Assembly (NCBI GenBank): GCA_046350815.1
Contig: JAXLZO010000001.1
Span: 270,001 to 302,000 of the forward strand
Reading direction: 5' to 3'
DNA length: 32,000 nt
From: Candidatus Saccharimonadota bacterium
Lineage (GTDB): Bacteria; Patescibacteriota; Gracilibacteria; BD1-5; UBA2023
This document shows, piece by piece, positions 8,914 through 19,806 of this stretch. Made by a program: the position numbers and the translations under genes. The notes beneath the pieces were generated by a model, which was not told the origin of the DNA, made no database searches, and was given only the letters and a program-made list of their open reading frames with translations. Positions within the stretch are counted from its first letter, which is position 1, and each line of letters begins with the position of its first letter.

Positions 8914-9435
8914 ATGAAGTATAGAGTAACACCAAAGCATATATTTGTTTCTGACAATAGTATTGAAAATGATATTTTTGAAATAAGTATTCGAAGAAGA
9001 TGAGAACTTGAAATACAAATAGTTCAAACTGAAGAAGCATATTTTTCTCTTTTGGAAGAAAACAAAGGTCTATATGATAGCGAAACACGTCGATATCATC
9101 CTATCAAACCATACGGTGTCTATGCGTATGATCTTCTTTATTCACAAAAGCATAAAAACCAACTTCCATTTCCACACCATAGAGGAAGAGGGCTCATTGG
9201 ACAACAACTCAGCAAACAGATTACGACTCTTGTAAAAAATGGAATGGTGAAAACTATTCTTTTCCCATCGGATAACCAACAAAAAAAACACCTCGCTGAA
9301 GAACTTATTTACAATGAAATACTTTCAATACAAGATATTGCTCTCTTTGGTGTTAGTGAAGATAATACTGAATGTACTCTATATTTAGAGTTACATCCAT
9401 TTAGGACGGACGACTTCGTATTGCTCGGGCGATAA
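8914..9435 (+). CDS. hypothetical protein (173 aa)
   Basis: ATG at 8914 is in frame with track ORF 9052-9435 through one TGA. HHRGRGLIGQQL is weakly reminiscent of an acetyltransferase motif A but is not diagnostic. Confidence 0.45.
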
Positions 9436-9679
9436 TAGCTTCTGACATTTCTTTTTCAAGCTCATCTTCAAGATCTTTCATAATAATGAGTGATTTAAGT
9501 GTTTTCTTTTTATTCATCTTCGTCATTTCTTCAACTTTCTGTTCACGATAGAGAAAAAACCGAGATATTCCGATAATCCCCACGACAATAAGAACTACTG
9601 GGATCATAGCATAGAGTGCATCAGTAGGATTCATATGAATAACATCGTACGGAGTTGGATCATAGAGAAATGGTGACAT
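9401..9679 (-). CDS. small single-pass membrane protein
   Basis: MSPFLYDP..., TM helix AMIPVVLIVVGIIGISRFFLY, then a charged tail. The ATG starts 2 nt after the sortase stop. Confidence 0.45.
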   Translation of the reverse strand: MSPFLYDPTPYDVIHMNPTDALYAMIPVVLIVVGIIGISRFFLYREQKVEEMTKMNKKKTLKSLIIMKDLEDELEKEMSEAIIARAIRSRPS

Positions 9680-9680
9680 A

Positions 9681-10670
9681 CTATTGAAGTTCAGTAAATA
9701 CAAGCAAACGGTTATAGGTAGTGCCCACAGGCCAACAAGTCATAAGCGATAATTCTTTTTTATGTGGATCTCGCTCAGATAATGCCTTTACATCACCTGG
9801 TCGTACGACCTTTTTTTCTGTTACCTTGTAAACATACTTTTTTTGCTGGTAATAGACAATAATATCATCACCTGGATCAAGCTTATCAAGAAGTGCAAAT
9901 ATTTCATTATAATCACCCTTGATCCAAGGATAATTTGATGAGTGACCAAAAATAAACGAATTTCCATCTTCTCATGGTGCTGCAGTGCCAGGATATCGTA
10001 CAACCCCGTTCTCAAGTTCCTGCATGAAGATATTCTCCATATGATCGAAATCAACATCATGGGAAATATTGACATCAACGAGAGGAATATTTTTACCAAT
10101 TTTTGGAATAATAATTCGATTTTCATAGGGCGTAACATCAAAATCTACCTTTATGGGTGCTGGTGCTGTGTCAAATTTTGCTGGATTGATGCGTCGAAGT
10201 GGATCAATTTCTACCCCACGTGACTCAAGTTTGTCTTTGATCTCATCAGCTTTCCGTTGTATCAGTGCATCGTTCTCTCACAATGACTGTATGTTATAGC
10301 CCGCATGTACGGTCGTGAGAGCACTAATATTCGCACTTTCAAGAGCACTAAAAAGTGAGGCCTGTGACTGCGAAAGTCTCTCTGGAGAAAGTATCGATCC
10401 AACCATCTGAGAATAAGCAGAAAAATTCGTTATCAACATGAGAATCACGAAGAGTGCAGCAGACGTAGTGAAATATCTTCATAAAAATCAAAGAGTGCTT
10501 CTTTTTGTTTGCGGCTTTAGTGGTTGATGAGCAGCTTGTGAAAGGGTATCTTTCTGTTCTTCTCATATATTTGCTTCAGGAGAAGAAACAGTGAAAGATT
10601 GGAGCGGATCAAAAATTTCTGGAGATGAAGGAATCATTGGTATTGATATGTACTTCCTCCATCATTCCAT
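9681..10670 (-). CDS. sortase-family transpeptidase
   Basis: This frame is missed by the track because of 5 in-frame TGA codons. N-terminal TM (FTTSAALFVILMLITNF), RIIIPKIGKNIPLV, catalytic His in FIFGHSS, Cys in LSLMTCWP, Arg in YNRLLVF. TAG stop at 9681-9683. Confidence 0.85.
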
Positions 10671-10738
10671 ACTTTTCTCAGGAACGCAACAAACCTTATA
10701 GACAGTATCACTATTTAATGCATTTTATAATTCTTCTA

Positions 10739-11209
10739 TTAGATATCACCATGATGATATTTTGATCACTTTTGTATCTCATGAGCACGATAGAGTTGCT
10801 CCAGCGTCATAAGAATCGCAAGAGAATGTGGGAATGTGAGTCGACTCAACGACCATTGCTCATCAAAGAATGAATTTACAAATTCCTTTGGCAATCCATA
10901 TGCACCTCAAATGATATAATAAATATGCGTAGAATATTGAAATAGCTTTTCTTGACGAGCAGCGAGCTCTTCACTGGAATAGGTAATTGCGTCAATATTG
11001 AGATATATCTTCTGACCTCGGGGCATCGCTGTATTCTTGAAGAATTTATCAATTTTTTTTGCCTCATCTTCGGCTATTTCTGGAGGATTTTTCAATTTTG
11101 ATGGTGTAATAGCATGAAAACGAAGAAAAGATTGAGTTCGCTTTATATATTCTTGGATCGGAATCTGAAAATGATGAAAATTATCAGCCAACACAACAAC
11201 GTGAATCAT
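10739..11209 (-). CDS. rlmH: 23S rRNA (pseudouridine1915-N3)-methyltransferase RlmH
   Basis: EYIKR, IIGGAYGL (first Gly is TGA at 10907), LSLSRLTFPHSLAILMTLEQLYRA..GSKYH. Start chosen at the internal MIHVVVL. TAA at 10739-10741. Confidence 0.86.
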
Positions 11210-11301
11210 ATGAGAAAAGAAAGGAATTTTGAGAAAAACTGGAGAAAAAACAAAAAATACTATACTAGAGAGACTTTTTTTAATTATGGTTTTCAACCAG
11301 T

Positions 11302-11691
11302 ATGAAGCGAATCTATATATTCACGTTCTGTACATTTGTGATAGCGAGTATGTACATCGTGTTTCTCATACTGCAAGATCGGTACAAAGATTACCAGATT
11401 ACCACCTATATTGCAAATCTCGAGAAACAAACATCAACCATATCAGAAAGGATTCAGACAAAAGAACACGAGCTCGCATATACAACAACCCCCAGCTTTG
11501 TTGATCAAATAGCAAAATCCTCACAAAATCTCAGTAATCCATGAGAAGAAACATTTATTATTATTCGACCAGAAGAAGACAATACTATTAAAGAGGCAGT
11601 GCGAGTCAGTGGTCAATGGAATGATCACAACAAGAATCAAGTGAAAACTTGGAAATACTATCTTCTTGAAATCAAACATACACAAAAATAA
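11302..11691 (+). CDS. septum formation initiator (FtsB/DivIC-like) protein
   Basis: 129 aa. N-terminal TM, a coiled coil, then the PSFVDQIAKSSQNLSNP-G-EETFII motif typical of the family (G is TGA). Confidence 0.62.
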
Positions 11692-11715
11692 CACCCTCTC
11701 GGAGTGTTATTTTTG
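11684..11715. terminator. bidirectional intrinsic terminator between the ftsB-like gene and ssb
   Basis: ataacac-cctctcgga-gtgttat hairpin with an A-run on the left and a T-run on the right. Confidence 0.7.
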
Positions 11716-11732
11716 TGTATTACAAATGAATA

Positions 11733-12182
11733 CTAAAACGGAATATCATCAATATGAATCTCTTCTTCGATCTTTGGATTGGATCGTTGAGTATACGCAG
11801 CACTACCATCCGAAGGAGATCATGAGCTTTCATATCCTTCAGTCTTCTCACCACCTGATGAAAGAAGTATGAGAGATTCGCACACAATCTCTGTTTTGTA
11901 CTTCTTCTGTCCAGCTTGATCTTCCCAAGAACGCGTCTGGAGACGCCCTTCCGCATAAATTTTCTTTCCTTTTGTTACATAAGATTCAACAATTCAAGCA
12001 AGATTGCCCCATACAACAATATTGTGGTACTCAGCTTGATCTTGTTTCGCTCCTGTTGCATCTTTCCAGCTTCGATTCGTTGCAAGACTGAATGTTGCAA
12101 CTTTTTGTCCACTTGGTGTTTCGCGAATTTCCGGTACAGCCGTTACATTTCCGATCAGCTGAACCTTATTGAGAGAATTCAT
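11733..12182 (-). CDS. ssb: single-stranded DNA-binding protein
   Basis: OB-fold N-terminus (NKVQLIGNVTAVPEIRETPSG), two TGA=Gly codons, and the canonical acidic tail EEEIHIDDIPF. TAG stop at 11733-11735. Confidence 0.92.
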
Positions 12183-12375
12183 AATTCATAGTAATAGAAC
12201 GCGATTGATGCTATCGATTTTTTAAAAGAGTGCAACTACAAAAATTACTCGTTCCAATATTTTCATTTAAAATCAGGAAAATAATATACTTTCTGAAAAA
12301 ACAGGAGTCAAAAAATTGACTTTCAATAATATTTGGATATACAACATACAGATATAAAGCAACCAAATATCTTCT

Positions 12376-13434
12376 ATGCAAACTACTCTTGATACTCCAG
12401 CTATCAACCGCAATTTTACTGCAATACTCGATAGTCTTTCAGAAAAGGAATCTATTGTGATATCCAGACGTATGGGTCTTCATTGAGACAAATCAACACT
12501 TCAATCTATTGGAGATGAATTTCAGATCACTCGTGAACGTGTACGACAAATAGAAGAAACTGCTATTCGCAAAATCGGACGCGTTACCCGTAGTAACAAT
12601 CTGTTTGCTATTCAAGAGCTTGCAAACAATATTCTCGCTAAAGCGGGTGGTATCATGATTCGTGATGATCTCGTATCGATGGTAGCAAAGGAAATAGCAG
12701 CAAAAGATGCTTCACTCCTAGCCATCATAGAAGTACTTATCCAATCTGACTTCAATATTGAAAAAAGTAAGCCTCAACTTGGAGCTCGCATGTACTTTGC
12801 ACTTCCAAATGTACATAAAAAACATGTTGATGCTATTCACAAAGAAGCCGTTAAGATTCTCAAGAAGCGCGCAAATATTATCGAGCAAGATAAACTCTAC
12901 GAGATTATCAAAATGAATCTTTTTGCTACATTTGGCAAGCTTGAAAGTTCTTTCATCAATCGTGTGATGGACGTTTTTCTCGACATTGTAAAAGGCGAGG
13001 AGATATTCATTGGTCTTGCATCTTGGAAGATTCTCAATCCAAGTACCCTCAAAGATAAGGCGCTCTATATCTTCAAGAAGCAAAAAGAGCCGATGCATTT
13101 TGTAGCTCTCACCAATGCTATTGCACAGCAATTTCATGAGAGTGTAAAAACAGCAACTATTCACAATGAGTTGATTCGAAATGAGGAATTTGTACTCATT
13201 GGACGCGGTATCTATGTACTCAAAGAGTGGGGATATGAAGATGGAACAGTTCTTGATGTTGTGCGCAAAGTTCTCAAAAAAGCAGGTGGACCACTCTCAA
13301 CCGATGAGATTATTGCTGGCGTACTCGAAACTCGCAAGGTAAAAGCATCGACTGTTTATATGAATCTTCAAAACAAAAAAGTAATACAAAGAGTTGGTCG
13401 TAATTTATATCAACTTAAAGGCGACGAGGCTTAA
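12376..13434 (+). CDS. sigma-70 region-4 HTH fused to two HARE-HTH (RpoE/delta-like) domains
   Basis: N-terminus LSEKESIVISRRMGL-G-DKSTLQSIGDEFQITRERVRQIEETAIRKI matches region 4.2. Two units follow, of the type PMHFVALTNAI...TIHNELIRNEEFVLIGRGIYVLKEWG and PLSTDEIIAGVL...VYMNLQNKKVIQRVGRNLYQLK. Confidence 0.75.
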
Positions 13435-13489
13435 AAAGAAAAAACATTTGACACATCGAGGGCTTTTTATAAAATGCCCTCGCAATCAA

Positions 13490-13565
13490 GCCACTTTAGC
13501 TCAGTTGGTAGAGCTCCTGTCTTGTAAACAGGTGGTCGTCGGTTCAAGTCCGACAAGTGGCTCCA
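13490..13565 (+). tRNA. tRNA-Thr (anticodon UGU), CCA encoded
   Basis: Cloverleaf folded by hand: acceptor gccactt/aagtggc, anticodon stem cctgt/acagg with loop cTTGTAa, T-loop ttcaagt. Confidence 0.9.
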
Positions 13566-13585
13566 TTTTTTTGTAGAAATCCTTC

Positions 13586-13670
13586 GGGTCGGTTCCAGAG
13601 CGGTCAAATGGGGCGGACTGTAAATCCGTTAGCTTTGCTTTCGCTGGTTCGAATCCAGCCCGGCCCACCA
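13586..13670 (+). tRNA. tRNA-Tyr (anticodon GUA), long variable arm, CCA encoded
   Basis: Acceptor gggtcgg/ccggccc (one G-U pair), anticodon loop cTGTAaa, T-arm gctgg-ttcgaat-ccagc. Confidence 0.88.
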
Positions 13671-13723
13671 TATGTTTCCCAAGTAATAGAAGATACATGC
13701 TACGATAGTTTCAAAACCAATTT

Positions 13724-13807
13724 GCCGGGATGGTGGAATTGGTAGACACGCGGGTCTTAGAAGCCCGTACCAGTGGTGTGAGGGTTCAAGTCCCTCTTCC
13801 GGCACCA
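13724..13807 (+). tRNA. tRNA-Leu (anticodon UAG), type II, CCA encoded
   Basis: Acceptor gccggga/ttccggc, D-loop gaattggtaga, anticodon loop cTTAGaa, long variable arm, T-arm gaggg-ttcaagt-ccctc. Confidence 0.86.
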
Positions 13808-13872
13808 GTTCAAAAACAATTATATCCTTATGAGTTGGTTCGTATCAAGCGATCGCAACGATTATTCTCTCT

Positions 13873-14091
13873 ATGAAAAAAAATATTCATCCAAAAGTTC
13901 TTGAGCTCAAAGTTTCATGCTCATGTGGTAACACTTTTACTACATCATCAACTATCGCAAGTGGTGAGCTCAAAGTAGAAACCTGCAGTAAATGTCATCC
14001 GTTCTATACTGGAGAACAGAAACTCCTCAAAACTTCAGCACTCGATAAATTCTACTCTCGCCAAGCAAAAGCTGAATCACTCAAAAAATAA
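13873..14091 (+). CDS. rpmE: ribosomal protein L31
   Basis: MKKNIHPK start, CSCG...[10 protein letters not shown] zinc-ribbon motifs, 72 aa. Confidence 0.93.
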   Translation: MKKNIHPKVLELKVSCSCGNTFTTSSTIASGELKVETCSKCHPFYTGEQKLLKTSALDKFYSRQAKAESLKK

Positions 14092-14118
14092 AAACTCCAT
14101 ATGGAGTTTTTATTTTTT
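14091..14118. terminator. bidirectional intrinsic terminator (rpmE / TrbC-like gene)
   Basis: aaaactcc-atat-ggagtttt palindrome followed by tatttttt. Confidence 0.8.
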
Positions 14119-14128
14119 GTACCTCACA

Positions 14129-15100
14129 TTAAGAAAGTATCACCCCATTGAGAATCAATTGAAGCAAAAGATAACTTCCCATAAGGAGGATGCAACCGAT
14201 AACAATATACATAAGGATGGCCTTTGCTTTCTTCACACCTTCTTCTTGTCCACTACTGACCGCGAGAAGATAACCAGCATAAATAATCAAGAGGACGATG
14301 GCAATTCAAAGAAAGCTGCTCACATATTCAAGGATTTTAACAAGAGTTCCGCTTAATTCACTCAATCTTCCAAGATTTAATTTAATCTCACTACCCGATA
14401 CATCCGGATTTGTCACATCTCCATAGAATACTCGGACCAATACCTTTGGTATTTGTAAAAGTAAAAATCCAATAATAGCTGCTGTGACCATTGATTTTGC
14501 TTGTTTGATTTTCTCATCATTCCCAAGTGCTGTTGTAAGTTTGAACGCAGCCCATGTGCCCATAAAGAGAAACGTAATCTGTCAAAATGTAAGTAAAAAG
14601 TTTGTCAAAGGCAAGAGGATGCCACGATTGATATCAAGAGCGAGACTTCCATTTACCGCGTTTGCATTGGTAAAAAACATCACAAGACTATAAGCAGTCT
14701 GCATAAGAAATATACCAAGACCAACACTCACAATTCCTGACTTGAGACGTTTAACTTCTTCTTCCGTCGATCCAGCACCAAGTAACTTGATGACCATAAA
14801 GAGGAGTACTACGGAAGCAAGAATGATAATGACATTTTTTACGCTCTTTACAATATTCCATCCGGCTTGTCGAGCTCAAGCAAGATTGGTCACCTCGCTA
14901 TCATAGACCAGTTGCCCTGACCCAATACCAAGAATTTTTTTGGTTTCTAAATTAGGATCTGAACCTCGAAGTACCCCTCCAACTCATGAATCTTTTGTAT
15001 CCACATTAAAATCACTGTAATTCGTAGTTACGGCAAATACAGATGTGCCAAATCCAAAAAAAGTAAGAAGAGTGAAAATGGTAAGAAGAATTTTTTTCAT
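14129..15100 (-). CDS. polytopic membrane protein made of three TrbC/VirB2-pilin-like hairpin repeats
   Basis: 323 aa, one frame across 14582-14797 and 14306-14563 plus TGA read-through. Signal peptide MKKILLTIFTLLTFFGFGTSVFA. Three units of TM-G-x-[ED]E-x2-K-x-[AL]K-x-TM: LLGAGSTEEEVKRLKSGIVSVGLGIF, LGNDEKIKQAKSMVTAAIIGFLLL, SSGQEEGVKKAKAILMYIVIGCILL. Confidence 0.68.
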
Positions 15101-15108
15101 ATACAAAA

Positions 15109-18100
15109 CTAAGATGATGTATTTGTTTGTCCAAGTCCAAGACGTGCCTCGATTTCCATATCAACATATTCTTTCTTGCGTCCGTAAGTTTTACGAGAAT
15201 ATTCACGTATGATTTTTGCTACCTCATCGTTGCGATAAGTACTATCCCAAAGGGTCTTAAGATCAAATGGACGGCTCGATGCATTGTCGATATTGAGCTT
15301 ACAGTACGTCGTAAAGTTGGCGATACCAATAATGTCTTGTTGTGAGAGTACTGGGGCATACTCCTTCTCAAGGTACTCTGCATCATCCGCACCCACCTTG
15401 AACGACATAATCGTACCAGCATTCCCGAATACTGCATCCTTGATAGATGGTTTACCACCCTTTCCATTCTTATCTCATGATCCTCCAATCTGAGCAATAA
15501 ACTGATGTGCCATAATAAGAGCGAGACGATATTTACGAGCTTCTGAGAGAATCTCACCAAATGTATCTGTTGCAAAGTTTTGAAACTCATCAACATAAAG
15601 AAAGAAATCCTTACGTTCGCTCTCAGGAATATTCGCACGGCTCATAGCAGCCATATTGATCTTCGAAACCATGATAAGACCAAGAAGCTGGGCATTAAGG
15701 TCACCAATCGTACCTTTTGAAAGATTTACCATGAGAACCTTTTGGTCATCCATAACACGACGAAAGTTGAACGCTGATTTCGTCTGACCAATGATATTAC
15801 GAATGATGGTATTAGTAATGAATGGACCAAATTTCGCTGAAAAATATGGAATCATTTCTTGCTTCTCACGATCACCAGTTGAAGCATATTCATGTTCCCA
15901 AAAGGCTTTTACAACAGGATTCTTTACCTTTGAAACCTTATACTTCATAAAGGCATCATCCACAAAGAGACGTGGCACATCGATGAGTGTTCCGCCCTCT
16001 TCATCATCCTCCATAAGCGTGAGGGCACCATTGCGGAAATAGTGTTGAATACGAGGACCGAATACCTCATCGCCAAATATCTTAATGAATATTGCTGTGG
16101 CATCGAGTGCTGCACGATCTTTTTCCATCGCTCTCAAGGTAGAGTCTTCACTGATGACCTCAAGGATATTCATGCCCATAGGTCGCTCCCAATCACCAGG
16201 ATCGAAGATAATCATATCTTTTGCGCGAGATTTCGGAGTATATGCGATAACATCTTCTACAAGATCACCATGTGGATCAATAACGCAGAGACCATCTCCA
16301 CACCAGAGATCCTGGCGCGCCATATATCCTACAAATACTGATTTACCTCAACCTGACTTCCCAATAATATAATGATGACGACCTCGATCTTTTTTGCTAA
16401 AGTAAATCGGCGTTTTTTGATTGCGGTATTCATTCCAACCCATAAGAGCTGCATCACGGTAGAGAGGGAATCCACCAAGAGTTCGATGCACATCTTGTGC
16501 AATAGGATTTTTTCCAGGATCTATCGGCTTACCAGTGTTTTCACCCTCTGATACAACTGGAACCACTTCACCTGTAATGAGTTGTAATGATCGATCAGCT
16601 GCTCGTACGAGATTCTTATTCTTATCTACAAGCAGGATAGAACCATCTTCCGTATAAATATTTCCTTTTTTATCACGTTTGTAATCACTCATGATAAGTG
16701 GATCCTTTGGTGTTCTGAGGTTTGGAGGTGGTGCAATCATCTTGTACGAAAGCCACTTGATAATTGGTGATAGGTTATACTTGATATCAGGGAAATGATA
16801 CATAGTTGAGAGTTCATCCGTCGAATACACACTCGTTGTCTGAATGAGTGAAAGAAGACGACATTGAAAAGCAAAATATCGAACTGGGACGAATACGACT
16901 TTGAAAAGATCTTCAAACTGATGATTATCAAGAGAATTGTTGTATTCATCACTAAAACTCGATGTTACTGCAACGAGACTCTGAAGTCCAACATCCGCGG
17001 ATTCTGGAGTGTCGGATGCAACCAGAAATCGTATACTCGCTCGGAAAGCAAGTTGGCTCGCAGCTTCACCTACACGTTTTTGAGCTTCTGTCTCGGCTTG
17101 GTTGAATATCTTGTATGAATCACCACTCGAAGCACCAGGAGCATTCGATCCGCTGGTATCATTTTGCACAAAAAGATCAACAAACCATGATATTGGCTTC
17201 AGAAAGACACTCACCATATGAAAAAAGAAATTTCCAGAGTACCAACTCGTATAGGTACCTTTTGCAATGAGTCCAGCTGCTTTTTTTGCCTGTTTATTCC
17301 ACCCTTTTCATACTGGTTTCATAGTGAGTTGCATAACGGCAATGTCGGTTTTTTTGAGTGATCCAAATGAATTGGTAAGACTTGAGAGTGGATCATCCTC
17401 AAAAACTTTATATGGCTTGATAGGGTAAACATTATCCTTGGATTTAAAGATCGACGACACACGGAGAGTATATCACTGTGGCTTGGTCTCTGGGTAGTCC
17501 TCATTCTTAATGATAGCAACTTCGGCGTCAGGATAGAGTGCTGTAATTTGCTGAGAAACCACTTTTACATCCTCTGCATACGTTACGACAAAAAAGTACA
17601 CTTCGCCGTGATCGTAGACAAGTTCCAGTGAAATTTTGGTACGATTGAGGATCCAATTGCGCATCGTGTCCCAGAATTGAATATTCCCGAGCTTATGAAT
17701 AGAATTATAAAACACCGTCATAGAAGATATTTTTTCCTTGAAATCCTTGCGTGTTTCGCGTTCTTTATCTAGTTTTGAATCCGCTCTCGGGAGCATAACA
17801 CGTATGTATACCAAATTTTTCGCATGAAATACCTCATACATCAAGCGAATAATATGAAGCATTAAAATGCTGACAACGATAATAGCAAGAAGTGAGATGA
17901 TAAACTGAAATATTTTTGAGAAAATATTCGTATCATCCGTTTGTGTCTGTTGTGCACACGCTTTTGAATTACCTGAATTACAGAGGGCTTTCGTTTCAAC
18001 GGTGGATGGTTTTCCTGCTGCTGGTGTTGCACGATTCGCATTATCGATCAGTGCGGCGGAAGCATTCGGAATATGAACCGTCACCGTCAGAATACAGAGC

Positions 18101-18171
18101 GAAGAAAGCACAAAAACTATCAATCACAACAAAGATAGAAGAGGGCGATTTGATCGAGAAAATGGGAACAT
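15109..18171 (-). CDS. membrane-anchored FtsK/HerA-superfamily ATPase, TraG/TraD/VirD4-like (paralog A, 1020 aa)
   Basis: Four track fragments share one frame through 5 TGA codons. Signal/TM N-terminus, second TM FQFIISLLAIIVVSILMLHII. Walker A GKSG-G-GKS (16339-16362), VIDPHGD, Walker B FFLYVDEFQNF, ARKYRLALIMAHQFIAQI. Stop is 8 nt before the TrbC-like gene. Confidence 0.8.
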
Positions 18172-18267
18172 AGTTGGTATATACCCCTCAAGAGTAACAC
18201 ACATTCTCTCAATCGTCCAAATACTCATCTTTGCAAGTCAAAAAAATTGAGTATTATAACGAAAAAC

Positions 18268-19797
18268 GTGATTATACTTCTTCATTCCGTGTGCCTCTCT
18301 GGGCTCGAAGCACACTTGGTAACTCTCGAAATCGACGTATCAAATGGCATGCCGGCTTTTAATGTTGTCTGACTCACTGATACAGCCATTCAAGAAAGCA
18401 AAGAACGAGTACGAGCAGCTATCAAGAATAGCGAGTATAAATTCCCACAAACTCGCATCACTGTGAATCTTGCACCAGCGGATCTTCGGAAAAAATGACC
18501 GCTCTATGATCTTCCAATTGCACTTGGAATTATTTCATGAGAATGTTGATTCGATGAGGCACTTTTAAAAGAATCACTCTTTGTTGGAGAATGCAGCCTC
18601 GACGGAAGTATTCGATGAGTTCATGGAATCCTGCCTGCAGCTCTTTTTGCACGATCGATCGGAAAAAAATACCTCTTTGTTCCGGAAGAAAATGCAAAAG
18701 AGGCATCCATGGTTCCTGATATATCTGTGATTGCCATATCAAATCTGAAACAAGCAGTATCCTATCTTACAAAAGAGAAAGCATTGGAATTTGTACTCCC
18801 AGTAAATATTTTTGAGATTATCAAGAAAGATAAAGAGAAAATGGATCGATACGATCTCTCACACATCATCGGACAGGATCATGCAAAACGTGCCCTCACC
18901 ATAGCTGCGGCCGGTGGACACAATATTTTACTCGAATGACCCCCTGGATCTGGCAAAACACTCCTTGCAAAATCATTTGAAACACTCCTTCCAGATCTCA
19001 ATTTTGATGAAATGATTGAAGTATCTAAGATCTATTCAGTCGCCGGAAAATTAGAAAAAGGATCATCCCTCGTGACAACTCGGCCGATGCGAACCATTCA
19101 CCACTCAGCGAGCACCGTATCAGTGATCGGTGGTGGCCGAGATTCTCGTCCGGGAGAAATATCCCTCGCTCACAAATGAGTGCTTTTCCTGGATGAATTC
19201 CTCGAATTTGACTCCAATCTCCTCGAAACTCTCAGGCAACCACTCGAAGATGGAGAAATCACCATCAATCGTATCAATGCGAGCTACACCTATCCAGCAA
19301 AATTTGTACTCATAGGAGCGATGAATCCTTGTCCATGTGGGTATCTCTGAGACCGAAGCAAACAATGTGTCTGTAGTCCAACAACCATTGAAAGATATCG
19401 TAAAAAACTCTCCTGACCTATTATGGATCGTATAGATCTCATGATTCGAGTGCCACGTGTCCTCGAGAGTGACCTACAAAGCAAGAGCGAGTGAAGAAAG
19501 ACATCTGAAGAATATCGTCGAGAAATCGACAAAGCACGAGAACGACAACTCAAACGATTTAGCGGTACAAAAAAGACATTCAACAGCGAAATGGAGAACA
19601 AAGATCTTGAAACAATACTCAATATCCACCCAGATGCCGAGGCATTCCTCCTATCGGCTGTGACTCGACTTGATCTCTCGACACGTGTCTATTATCGACT
19701 GAAGAAACTCTCTCGAACCATAGCTGATCTCGCAGATTCAGATCAGATACTCCTCCCTCACGTGGCTGAAGCACTCTCCTACCGAGTATCCAACTAA
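18268..19797 (+). CDS. comM: Mg-chelatase-like AAA+ protein ComM/YifB
   Basis: [65 protein letters not shown]; each -G- is TGA. Start is GTG at 18268, or TTG at 18247. Confidence 0.92.
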
Positions 19798-19806
19798 ACT
19801 CAGAAT

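Noticed and set aside
8891-9088. 65-aa minus-strand ORF between the ZIP transporter gene and the next gene
   Set aside because: It is antisense to the 5' part of the 8914-9435 ORF. Its composition is low-complexity and Phe/Tyr/Gln-rich, with no start context.
9821-10566. Track ORFs 9821-10141(-), 9942-10223(+) and 10348-10566(-) as separate genes
   Set aside because: All three are wrong-frame or antisense readings over the sortase gene. The third minus-strand frame, read with TGA=Gly, gives a continuous 329-aa sortase with His, Cys and Arg catalytic motifs.
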